A DNA stretch of 64,000 nt from Giardia intestinalis (Eukaryota). Where the stretch lies: assembly GCA_000002435.2 (NCBI GenBank), contig CM018793.1. The stretch is one strand, 5' to 3'. Positions 50,844 through 59,820 of this stretch are shown here, piece after piece. The notes beneath the pieces are model-generated. The model saw only the letters and a program-made list of their open reading frames with translations. It was not told the origin of the DNA and searched no databases. A program made the position numbers and the translations under genes. How positions within the stretch are numbered: position 1 is the first letter of the stretch; each line of letters opens with the position of its first letter.

Positions 50844-51425
50844 TTTATTTGCCGAAGTTTCTAAAAAATAGTTTAAACTATTTTGCAACACGTTGTGCGG
50901 GGGCTTACGGGGCCAAGAGGTGCGAATTCAAAGTTGGCAAGGCCATCTGTGAGAGTAGACAGGTTAAGATGCCTAGGAGTGTATTTTCCCCAGAAGTCCT
51001 GGTTAGAGTAGAGCCTAAATGAACACGGAAAGCCTTATTGTTGTCGTTAGCCAAGGTAGCTCTTGCTTATTTCAGCATTTTGGGATGCGGTAGTACATTG
51101 AAGCCCGTTGGTTCGGCCTGCTAGAACGAAAAAGGGCTGCGCTGTCCAAAAGATTTTATGGTCAGCAAGAAAAAATATTCGATTCCGAGTATCTGTAGTC
51201 TGCAGGAAGCTCAGCACCTAGACTTTGACCTGAAAGAAGCGCCCGCTGAGTTCTAGAGGCCCTCTCGTGGCGTTCTTGGTCTACCTAGCATTGTCAATAC
51301 CAGGCGACAGCTAAAGCTTTAGCGCCCTGATTCTTTACCTGGGTGCCTATCTGTGATATAGTTAACCGTTTCTGAGCATTTCCCACACCTGTAGTAAATT
51401 GCTTTTTTATCTGACTGGCCACGGA

Positions 51426-54400
51426 ATGGAACCAATGGAGACGTCTCAATCACAAGGCACAGACAGCAGTAACTTGGACCGGTGGTTTACAGCAGTTGCC
51501 GAGCGGCAGTACAACTTTATCATAGCAGAGCTGCCGACTTTCAAGTGCTCCAAGAATGCTCACGGTAACACAGCACTAATAGAGGCAGTCTTCCTTGCAG
51601 ACGAACCTGCAGTTCAAATTCTTGCTGCACATGAGTTTGGCTGTAGAAGCGATAATGGAAAGACCGCTCTTGAAGTTGCTTATGAGGTCGGCTTTGTAAG
51701 AGCGTGCGACATTCTTGCTCAGTTTGAGATGGAAGCCCTACATGCGCGTGGAATTTTCCTTTGCCACAGAGCTGTATCTGATGGAAACCTTCCTATGGTG
51801 AGATCTCTTTCACCTTTTTCCATCAACATCGTCCAGCCTACTACGAACCAAACCGCACTGGACTTAGCAATTCGCTTGCCAAGCTCTGACGCAATTATTG
51901 AGGAACTGGTGAATATCTCTGCCATAAGCCTAGAGACGCTTGATCAGGCTTGTAAAACAGCCAGCGAGACTCGAAAAGTCCATGGAGATCGATCAATATT
52001 AGAGCTCCTGCTCATATTTCGCAACAAAAAGGAAGCGAATGCATGCCAACGCTGCGGATGTTTACGAAAGCAACTTATTTATTTGTCATCCCAGTTTCAT
52101 AGGCTCTATTCCAATTTCAGTAACCCATCGAAGGGCGCACAGTCAAGGAGTAACAATAGCTCTCGAAGTTCAAGCGTAGAAGAAGACCTTGCAGGACGGC
52201 AACGGAAGCCACAAAGACATCGGGGCAAAGGGCTTGGTGCAAAGCTTAGTAATCAGGTTTCTGGTGATGCAAAAGAGCACAGCACATCAGACGGCTCAGA
52301 GCATGGAGCGGTTCTGTCCTTTTCTTTGACGCGAGGCTTTGAAAAGCTACGCAGCATGCTTCCCAACGCTTCATTTGACCTAAACATTGACGATAAAGTG
52401 CTCACTGAACTGCTACACTTGTCTAGAACCATGAGAAGGGAGATCTCCTCATTGCGAGAAGACATAGCTCGTAAAAACGAGACTATAGCACAGCTACAGA
52501 GAGAGCTAGGGACTGACAAAACCGACAAACCCGAGTCGTATACTGATGGAAAGGAGGAAGAAGAGATAGAAATTATTCTTAGACCTCACAGTGGGCGCAG
52601 CTGCGCATGCAGTGGAGAGACCAGGGGAGCAACTCCGAAGGAAATTGTGGACACACTAGAATCCAAAGGTTCAAAGAAGTCAGCGGGAAATACAACCAGT
52701 TCTGTGACTGAGTCCAATAATAAGCTTTTAGAAGAAGCCATTGCAGCTATAAAAGCGAAGGATTTGTATATAAATTCTCTTCTCGATGAAAACGACAGTT
52801 TGAAGAAAGGTGCTGCTGAACTAGATACTAGTTCCTATCAAGAGATGATCACGTCTCAGCAGGAACAGATAACCCATCTTATAGATTTGCTATACCAATC
52901 CAAGGCAGCGCTCGAGAAAATGAGTGAGGTCGAGGTGCGTTGTAGCACACTGGAAGACGACAATTCTCTCCTCCGTCAACGGATACAATGTTTGGAAAAA
53001 GCACCACAACAAGACGTGCATCGGGCCTCTGTTGTTCATAAAGGGGTATCTGCTATAGAATCAAGTTCCAGCTCTCGACACACTAACTCTTTGAATAATC
53101 CGGCAGCAGAGCGCATACAGCATTTAGAAGCTACCATAAGGTCTCTGTGTACTGAACTGGACCGTCAAAAGCTGCGTGCACGGGAGTTCGAGAATGATAT
53201 GCAGACACTGGCTGCTGCTAGATCCCACACAGAGATGCTTAAGGAAAAAGTGCTGTGCCAACAGGACGAGATTAAGCGTCTTAACGAGGTGATTGGGGTA
53301 CAGCAGAATTACTTGGAACTAAAAGAGATAGAACTTACGAAGATGACCAAAAGCCTCGAAGAGTTGGCTTTGAGCACAGAGAAGAATAACGAGAGTAAGG
53401 AGCGCTCGGTCTGTGAATCTAGCGCAGATCCAAGGCGTGCTTTTGGATGTGAAGACTTGAAGGCAGCCATACCAAGTGATTCGCCGAGTGCTCCGCGCAG
53501 ACTTTTACGGCGTGCAAACTCCTCACGTCCAGCAACGAGTAACGCAGGAGAGTCCAGACAAAGGCGTGAAGAATCGATACACGTAGCCGTGGACGGTTCT
53601 ACTCGAAGTGGACGTGCACTAAGCGCCTCTGTGGGCCATCGACAGACGAGCTCAGACATGACACTCTATGACCTGGAGTCTACTCCGACCCCAGTCCAGC
53701 GCCTACATAACCAGGAAGTGTCGAGTGAGCTTGTCAAGGAAATGGTGCACTCAGTGATGCAGAGTAGCCCTAGTCTCAAGATACAGCACCCAGGAAACCA
53801 GAGCTCCCTACTCCCCACTCCCTCGTCTGCTAGCCACGCGAAGCCTCCATCACTTGTGCGAGGAGCCCCAGAACTACAACGAAGCAGCTTACAAACACCA
53901 CGCCAACGAAGAATCAGCAACAAGCAACAAGTGGTGGCAATAGCGGCGTCTAGCGCGGCAAACATTGCTGCAGCGCGTCAGGCACTCGGTATGTCAACGC
54001 CGACCACCATTGTCACTGATGCTGCACGCCCTCCCAGTCAGGGTGTGAGTCGATCTACTGGTTCAATTAATCGTGGAGGATTAACCAAACTTATGTCTGC
54101 AGCTATAAGAGGCGACCTAGTGACAGCTAAAGCCTATTTGAAGCAGGACGTTGGGCTCCAAGATGTTGAAGGAAGGTCAGCTTTGTTTTACGCTACGCTC
54201 CACAACCATCCGAGCATTGTCAGAGAACTTGTTTCACGAGAGGCTCTTCTGTCAACAAATAGAAAATACAAGGATGGAGCAGGCGTCACGGCTTTAATGG
54301 TTGCTGCCCAGGAAGGCCACAAGGAGTGCATCAAATTGCTGTATCGTGCTGAGAAAGATTGCAGAACAGTAAGAGGAAAAGGTTGCATTGATTTTGCCAA

Positions 54401-54455
54401 GAATGATCTCGTCGTCAGGTTCATCCAGGGATTGGCAGTAAAGCAAAAATACTGA
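51426..54455 (+). CDS. Ankyrin-repeat plus coiled-coil protein, Protein 21.1 family (1009 aa from first ATG)
   Basis: The track start 51399 is TTG; the first ATG is at 51426 (MEPMETSQ). There are N-terminal ANK repeats (GNTALIEAVFLADEPAVQIL, GKTALEVAYEVGFVRACDIL). The central coiled coil is long and Gln/Glu/Leu-rich. C-terminal ANK repeats follow (GRSALFYATLHNHPSIVREL, GVTALMVAAQEGHKECIKLL). Confidence 0.8.
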   Translation: MEPMETSQSQGTDSSNLDRWFTAVAERQYNFIIAELPTFKCSKNAHGNTALIEAVFLADEPAVQILAAHEFGCRSDNGKTALEVAYEVGFVRACDILAQFEMEALHARGIFLCHRAVSDGNLPMVRSLSPFSINIVQPTTNQTALDLAIRLPSSDAIIEELVNISAISLETLDQACKTASETRKVHGDRSILELLLIFRNKKEANACQRCGCLRKQLIYLSSQFHRLYSNFSNPSKGAQSRSNNSSRSSSVEEDLAGRQRKPQRHRGKGLGAKLSNQVSGDAKEHSTSDGSEHGAVLSFSLTRGFEKLRSMLPNASFDLNIDDKVLTELLHLSRTMRREISSLREDIARKNETIAQLQRELGTDKTDKPESYTDGKEEEEIEIILRPHSGRSCACSGETRGATPKEIVDTLESKGSKKSAGNTTSSVTESNNKLLEEAIAAIKAKDLYINSLLDENDSLKKGAAELDTSSYQEMITSQQEQITHLIDLLYQSKAALEKMSEVEVRCSTLEDDNSLLRQRIQCLEKAPQQDVHRASVVHKGVSAIESSSSSRHTNSLNNPAAERIQHLEATIRSLCTELDRQKLRAREFENDMQTLAAARSHTEMLKEKVLCQQDEIKRLNEVIGVQQNYLELKEIELTKMTKSLEELALSTEKNNESKERSVCESSADPRRAFGCEDLKAAIPSDSPSAPRRLLRRANSSRPATSNAGESRQRREESIHVAVDGSTRSGRALSASVGHRQTSSDMTLYDLESTPTPVQRLHNQEVSSELVKEMVHSVMQSSPSLKIQHPGNQSSLLPTPSSASHAKPPSLVRGAPELQRSSLQTPRQRRISNKQQVVAIAASSAANIAAARQALGMSTPTTIVTDAARPPSQGVSRSTGSINRGGLTKLMSAAIRGDLVTAKAYLKQDVGLQDVEGRSALFYATLHNHPSIVRELVSREALLSTNRKYKDGAGVTALMVAAQEGHKECIKLLYRAEKDCRTVRGKGCIDFAKNDLVVRFIQGLAVKQKY

Positions 54456-54475
54456 TTCGGCAGCGTTTTCAAAAA

Positions 54476-56632
54476 ATGGAGTCCGCCGACAGCTCTATTT
54501 CCTCTTGGTTCGAGCTTGTGGAGCGGCAAGACACGATAGCAATTGCTCACCAGTTGAAGAAGTACGCCGGCCAGCGGAATAGCGAGGGACTCACAGCTCT
54601 CATGTTTGCTGCCCGTCATAACCTCCATGACTCAATCAAGGCTCTCCTAAAGGCCGAAGCAACCCTGACCACTGCAGAGGGGTACACAGCTCTTATGTTC
54701 GCAGCGTCGCTCGGGAACTACGTCGCTTGTGAGCTACTGCTGCATGCAGAAGGGGCAATTGGGCTCGAAGACGGACGAACAGCGCTTTTTCTCGCAGCGA
54801 GCGAGAATCATGACACATGTATTTTTCTCTTGGCTCAATACTTAGGGAGTACGCGCGATATATACGGGCGCACAGCGCTGGATTATTGCGTTTATGCGGA
54901 TGCTTTCCAGGCGGCCGAAGCGTACGTCAAAAGTGTCTTTGTTCGTAATATCTACTTGCCAGGAAGCTCCTACGGAGACTCCATGACCAGGTCTACCGCG
55001 AAGCTTGAGCGTGGTGGAAAACATGATCCGGAATTGGAGTCTTTGCACGATCCAACCGTTCATCGCTACACAAGTCTGTTGCTAGATGAATTAATGCAGG
55101 CCTGTAGGCTTGCAAGTGAGCAGAACAAGGATGAGATGTGTGGCTTTCTACGCTATGTTCAGGAGGCCGTCAAGACTGACCACTTTTTTCGCTTCAGAGG
55201 ACTATATGCAGAATACACCCTTCAGTGCCTACGCAAGGAGCAGAGGGAAATCACAGTCAAATATTGTGAGCAAATGGCGATAAATGAGACAAATGCAAAG
55301 CTAATAGATGAGTTAAAAGCAGATCTAAAGTCAGCAAAAATGCATAAAGAAGGAGCACAGCTTAGCATAGCCCGTTCTATTCAAACTCATGAACTGGCGC
55401 TGGAGCATGGATCATGCAAGGCTGCGTCACCGACACATTCATCCACCGCAAATGTGTCTGCACTTCATAGAAAGATCAGTGAGCAGGAAGCAACAATTCA
55501 GTCTCTTCGAAAGGCGATGAATACCCTCTCAGCTGAAAAACTCTCCCTCTTATCGTCCACAGGTAGGACTGCTTCAGAGCTCGAGAAGGAGAACGAGCTT
55601 CTCCTCAGCTCCATTCAGTCTGGTAAGGCACGCTCCCAATCGTGCAGCATTTCTTTTAAATCACGCACAAAAAGATGTCCTGACGAACAACCCGGCGCTG
55701 TACAAGCAAACAGATCTTCCATTGATCAGAGGAAGGCATTAGTAGATACATCAGACAATCACTCGCTCTTACAGCATACTCCATCACCTCCAGAGCCATC
55801 TGTAACTCGGAGAAGCATAGGATCGCAGCTCAACTCCCTGTCTCCTGAGGCCAGCCCGCCCTCTCCAGGAGTGCGGATTGTTCCTATTTCTCCGTCAAGT
55901 TCTAGCATCAACCAGAATGTGGTTCCCAGGCCTCAGTTGACCTGTTCTCCACCATCACCGCCCTCTCCCGTGCACCAGCCTAGTGTCCCGGTGTATGTGC
56001 CACTACACACAGAACTGCACACAGAGCTACCTGTCGAGACAGACATAGACAAGTGTCTTGCACAGTTTGTCCCTAACATATCCGTCCCAAAGAATGAGGC
56101 TTATTATCGCAACTTGGTCGCTGTTGACCGTAACACGTACTCTCGTCTCATGAGAGCTGTCGAGCAAGGCAATAAAACGCTCATCGTTTCCACTCTGGGG
56201 GAGTCTGTTCAGACAAGTCAGCTCGGGGTCTCTGCCATGATGCTCGCGGTTAAGATGCGAAGCATTGAGGTTGTACGCATTTTGAAGCTGAAGTCACTTC
56301 GGATAGCAATGAGATGCGGTTACACAGCTCTTATGGAGTGTTGCAAGAATGGGTACTCTGAGATGATATGCCACCTAATATCTGAGGCTGGTATGCAAAC
56401 AGGAAATGACTTCCAGTGGGGTGCAGGGTGCACGGCCCTAATGATTGCGTGCTACTACGGCCACTCTGACTGCGTTCGGCAGCTGCTAGACATAGAGGGA
56501 AAGATCTACACCCCCTCGGGAATTCGGCCCAGAGACTTCTGCTCAAGCCCAGAGCTTCTTGATATTATTGGAGAGCGTACTCTTGGTGGGCCGTGTCTCT
56601 CTCAGTTGGAGCCACTTTTCCCATTATTTTAG
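54476..56632 (+). CDS. Ankyrin-repeat protein, Protein 21.1 family (718 aa)
   Basis: N-terminal ANK repeats are present (GLTALMFAARHNLHDSIKALL, GYTALMFAASLGNYVACELL, GRTALFLAASENHDTCIFLL). A central coiled coil and C-terminal ANK repeats follow. It has the same architecture as the upstream gene 20 bp away. Confidence 0.8.
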   Translation: MESADSSISSWFELVERQDTIAIAHQLKKYAGQRNSEGLTALMFAARHNLHDSIKALLKAEATLTTAEGYTALMFAASLGNYVACELLLHAEGAIGLEDGRTALFLAASENHDTCIFLLAQYLGSTRDIYGRTALDYCVYADAFQAAEAYVKSVFVRNIYLPGSSYGDSMTRSTAKLERGGKHDPELESLHDPTVHRYTSLLLDELMQACRLASEQNKDEMCGFLRYVQEAVKTDHFFRFRGLYAEYTLQCLRKEQREITVKYCEQMAINETNAKLIDELKADLKSAKMHKEGAQLSIARSIQTHELALEHGSCKAASPTHSSTANVSALHRKISEQEATIQSLRKAMNTLSAEKLSLLSSTGRTASELEKENELLLSSIQSGKARSQSCSISFKSRTKRCPDEQPGAVQANRSSIDQRKALVDTSDNHSLLQHTPSPPEPSVTRRSIGSQLNSLSPEASPPSPGVRIVPISPSSSSINQNVVPRPQLTCSPPSPPSPVHQPSVPVYVPLHTELHTELPVETDIDKCLAQFVPNISVPKNEAYYRNLVAVDRNTYSRLMRAVEQGNKTLIVSTLGESVQTSQLGVSAMMLAVKMRSIEVVRILKLKSLRIAMRCGYTALMECCKNGYSEMICHLISEAGMQTGNDFQWGAGCTALMIACYYGHSDCVRQLLDIEGKIYTPSGIRPRDFCSSPELLDIIGERTLGGPCLSQLEPLFPLF

Positions 56633-56819
56633 ACGCATACAAAGTAGCGTGTATGTCTTTGAAGCGTATTTATTTTTTGTAAACAAATTACCTCTCCTAC
56701 TGTTACTACCGTTCATCAACTGTACTGACCTTGCGAATTGTGCATCCATATTTTCGAAATAAATAATTGACGATCAATCAATCACTAAACGCCAAGCCTT
56801 TGTCTTGAAAAGTGATAAA

Positions 56820-57206
56820 ATGACTAGCTCATCCTGTCGTAACATCCTTGTTTTTCTGGAGGAAAAAATGTATCTGTTTGCAAACTACCCACTGGAAAGG
56901 AGTCTTCAAGATTTCCGAAAAGATGTCTTGGGGCAAATCAGAGAAAAGAAGCATTCGTCCATTTTGTTGGGGCTTATCCACGATGGAAGCATACTCAAGG
57001 ACTCTGAAGCGCCAATGAGTGCGCTGCTTCTTGGCAGCGAACCGATTATACACGCCACTGTAGTCCCGGTCACGCCTCCACTGAAGCCTGTTACTATTTT
57101 TCCCGGGTCCCTGAGCGACCTTTATCGAATATTGCAAGAAACTCTTGTCCAGGCTCCTCTAGGGGAACAGACAGGGTCGTCGTCTAATACGCCCAGTGCA
57201 ACTTAG
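56820..57206 (+). CDS. Small hypothetical protein (128 aa from first ATG), possible beta-grasp/ubiquitin-like fold
   Basis: The track start 56805 is TTG; the first ATG is 56820. An alternating hydrophobic pattern (NILVFLEEKMYLFANYPLERSLQDFRKDVLGQI...ILLGLIHDGSILKD) is suggestive of a beta-grasp fold but not diagnostic. Confidence 0.4.
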   Translation: MTSSSCRNILVFLEEKMYLFANYPLERSLQDFRKDVLGQIREKKHSSILLGLIHDGSILKDSEAPMSALLLGSEPIIHATVVPVTPPLKPVTIFPGSLSDLYRILQETLVQAPLGEQTGSSSNTPSAT

Positions 57207-57425
57207 TCATTTAAGTCTAAATTGTAGATTAGATGAATTGGGTTGAAGATGTAGTGTCACTCCAAGAGCCAGTTTTGAATGTTTTAGGCCGTCTTCCAAG
57301 CACACGAGTAACGCAATTGATAATGCCCACCATCCAAACTACTTTCTGTTGAGAACGCTTTTGTTTCTTAGGTTGAAAAAAATTACTGCCGGTTATAATT
57401 TTAACATTTTTTGACCCTGAATACC

Positions 57426-58886
57426 ATGTTTACAATGGACAAGGGGCTATCGGGAAATGCTATCATGACGGAAACTGCAGGTGCATTAGGCAATATTTTC
57501 TCTGACAACCACCAGCTTGCCAGAGATAGATATAATCTGCTCGAGGCCCTGCTCAGGGACATCCTTCTCCTCGCAGAAACCTTCGCGCTCACACGCGGAG
57601 GCTCTTATATATCGGTCAGAGACCTGGTCGATGCCTACAAGGTCGTGAGGCGTCCTTTTTCCCCCGTCGCAGCCCGCCTCTACACTCGAGATGTATTCTT
57701 AACGTCGACAGACCAAAGTTACATAAGTGTGTCTGACTCGTCAGCAAAGTTCTTTTCCCCACCAAAGCTTTCTATCGACACGTTCTATTCGTTCTATAAA
57801 GGCCGACAACCTCTTATACCTCAGAATCCACCGATAGCAGACATAATCAGCACATATGGTCAGTTCACTGATGGGGCAGGTGCATCGAAAGAGGCCACCG
57901 AAGAAGGACCCTCTCACAATGTGAGGCAGTCTAACCAAGAAGGCGTATCGTTAGTCCCCACTATTACCCCAGAGCTTTCGTTTTTGGTTAAGGAGGTCTT
58001 GTACCATGCAGAAAACAGTACTAATGATAACAAGTCATACATGCTACGGCGAATATCAAATGCACAGTTTGAGAAAGTGTCCAATGCCTTGCCCCAACAT
58101 TTGATACTTCTCATCGAAAGCTCCTATGAACAAGGGGACCTCACCAAGCTGCTATCTAACCTCAAAGTCCTGCTGACGCTGATTCTTCCCTATGGAACGC
58201 ACTTCATTTCTTATCTTAATATCCTCATACCGCTCATGATCAAACTGTCCGCTGTTAACAATTTGACAAGCGACTTGAACGTGAGCCCATCAGACACCGA
58301 CTTTAGTGCCGTCCTAAGCGCATGCGAAATGTTTGAACCGTCAGATATTGCCAAGTTGAAGGCACTTGCATTGAATGCACAGACAACAGAATCTAGCTCG
58401 GAAAAAAGCAAACTAAATCCCGGTGTTTTGTCAGCACACAAGCGTAGCATCATGATCCGACAACTATCTGCATCTATCCTCAGTCACCTAGCAATGCTTG
58501 CACTAACATTTGACCCCCACATTAACGAGAAGATAGGGTCTGTTCTTATCAACACATTCATTAAGAATTCTCATGGCATCTGCTCTTGGGGGCTTATCAG
58601 CGCACTCACAGCTGTTTCAAGTAACAACTGCATCGGATTATTTATGGACAAGCTCCTCTCTTGCTCTGAAAGGGACACGCTCGTTGAGATCTTGAGGAAG
58701 CCATCTTTACAATACAGTGTGCTGGGTCTTGACGGAGGCTGGACCCTTTTGAAAGAAAGCGTACGCTCAAGGATAGAGACAATTCAGGACCTCACCGGGG
58801 GCGAGTTTGTAGACGGCACTGTTAAGCTTTTTAAGATCCCTCTCAGTGCGCTTGTCGATTTTCTAGGCCCCGATCTCCTATCATAA
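57426..58886 (+). CDS. TAF6-like protein (histone-fold N-terminus plus HEAT/ARM C-terminal region), 486 aa from first ATG
   Basis: The track start 57411 is TTG; the first ATG is 57426. [36 protein letters not shown] resembles the TAF6 histone fold [93 protein letters not shown] resembles the TAF6 middle domain LPRFSTFISEGV...[33 protein letters not shown]. Confidence 0.5.
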   Translation: [486 protein letters not shown]

Positions 58887-59303
58887 GTCATGCATCTTGG
58901 TTTATTGCTGGATCCTGTCAACTTGGCTGGCCTCCCCGATAGTTTCACAATCGTAATGTAATCCCTCAAATAATGCCGTGGGAACATGACAGGTTATTAC
59001 CGCGGCACTCTTCTCCATGGCTATCTTGCAGATCTTTGGCTTTTCGAGCGATAAAGATGGCAAGTTGATATCTACAAACTTTTTGGCTGCTCCAAGGATG
59101 TAATTGTAGGCGTGCGTCATAGTTTCTGGTCGTGGATCGCCCGTGCTTTGGGTTTTTCCGGGTGAAGGCATTTTGGATAGGATCACTGACTTTTCTCGCG
59201 AAGGATGTAATGCGAAATTCTCATCTACCCTGATGGGACGCCTCAGTATCTGGAGTGGGCCTGTCCCCTTCCTCTTTTCAACAGAGGTAGTACTGCTTAA
59301 AAA

Positions 59304-59774
59304 ATGAATAGACCTATCTACCCCACTACCATTCAATACTTCAACACCATCTCTGTGACTGGGCGAAGAAGCACTACGCTTACTTCGGAGTCGCCAGCTC
59401 GCATTCTTCTTGCCGGGCAGGTCCGTAAAATTTCTGAAGACAGGACTACTATTACCCTTTATGACGGTACAGGGTCTGTCGCCCTCAGCATTCATGGTGG
59501 CGAGACCTTCCCTTTTAGCCAAAGTGATATCGCCCGTGTGCATCTCCTCATGCCGACCAACACTACTACAAGCCCCAAAATCTTGTTCTATGAAAAGCTT
59601 CCGAACGCCGAAGCCCTTCTTGTTCATTTTCTATCTGCTATGAACGCACTCCGCCTTACCGATGACAGAACCAGGGGCGATGGTGTGGGTGACGGTCAAG
59701 GGCTTCCCGTTGTCAAGGATGCTGGAGACGATTTTTTGAATAACTTTGAAGGTGGGCAGGCTGTGTTCTATTAG
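59304..59774 (+). CDS. RPA2 (RPA32)/Stn1-like OB-fold protein (156 aa)
   Basis: [30 protein letters not shown] resembles the RPA32 OB core [70 protein letters not shown] resembles [42 protein letters not shown]. Start is a true ATG in an AT-rich context (TTAAAAAATG). Confidence 0.5.
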   Translation: [156 protein letters not shown]

Positions 59775-59820
59775 TAGGGCTCGACTGTTCTCCGCTAGAC
59801 TTGATTCACTCAGTAAATTC

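Noticed and set aside
56820-57206. Assignment of the 128-aa ORF as an Atg8/Atg12/Ufm1-type ubiquitin-like modifier
   Set aside because: There is no C-terminal Gly or Gly-Gly, and no diagnostic motifs. Only a vague beta-grasp-like hydrophobic pattern is present, so it is kept as a hypothetical protein.
58902-59627. 241-aa minus-strand ORF overlapping the RPA2-like gene
   Set aside because: Low-complexity product with no family similarity. The plus-strand OB-fold ORF is preferred. It is also recorded as a finding because the choice is not certain.
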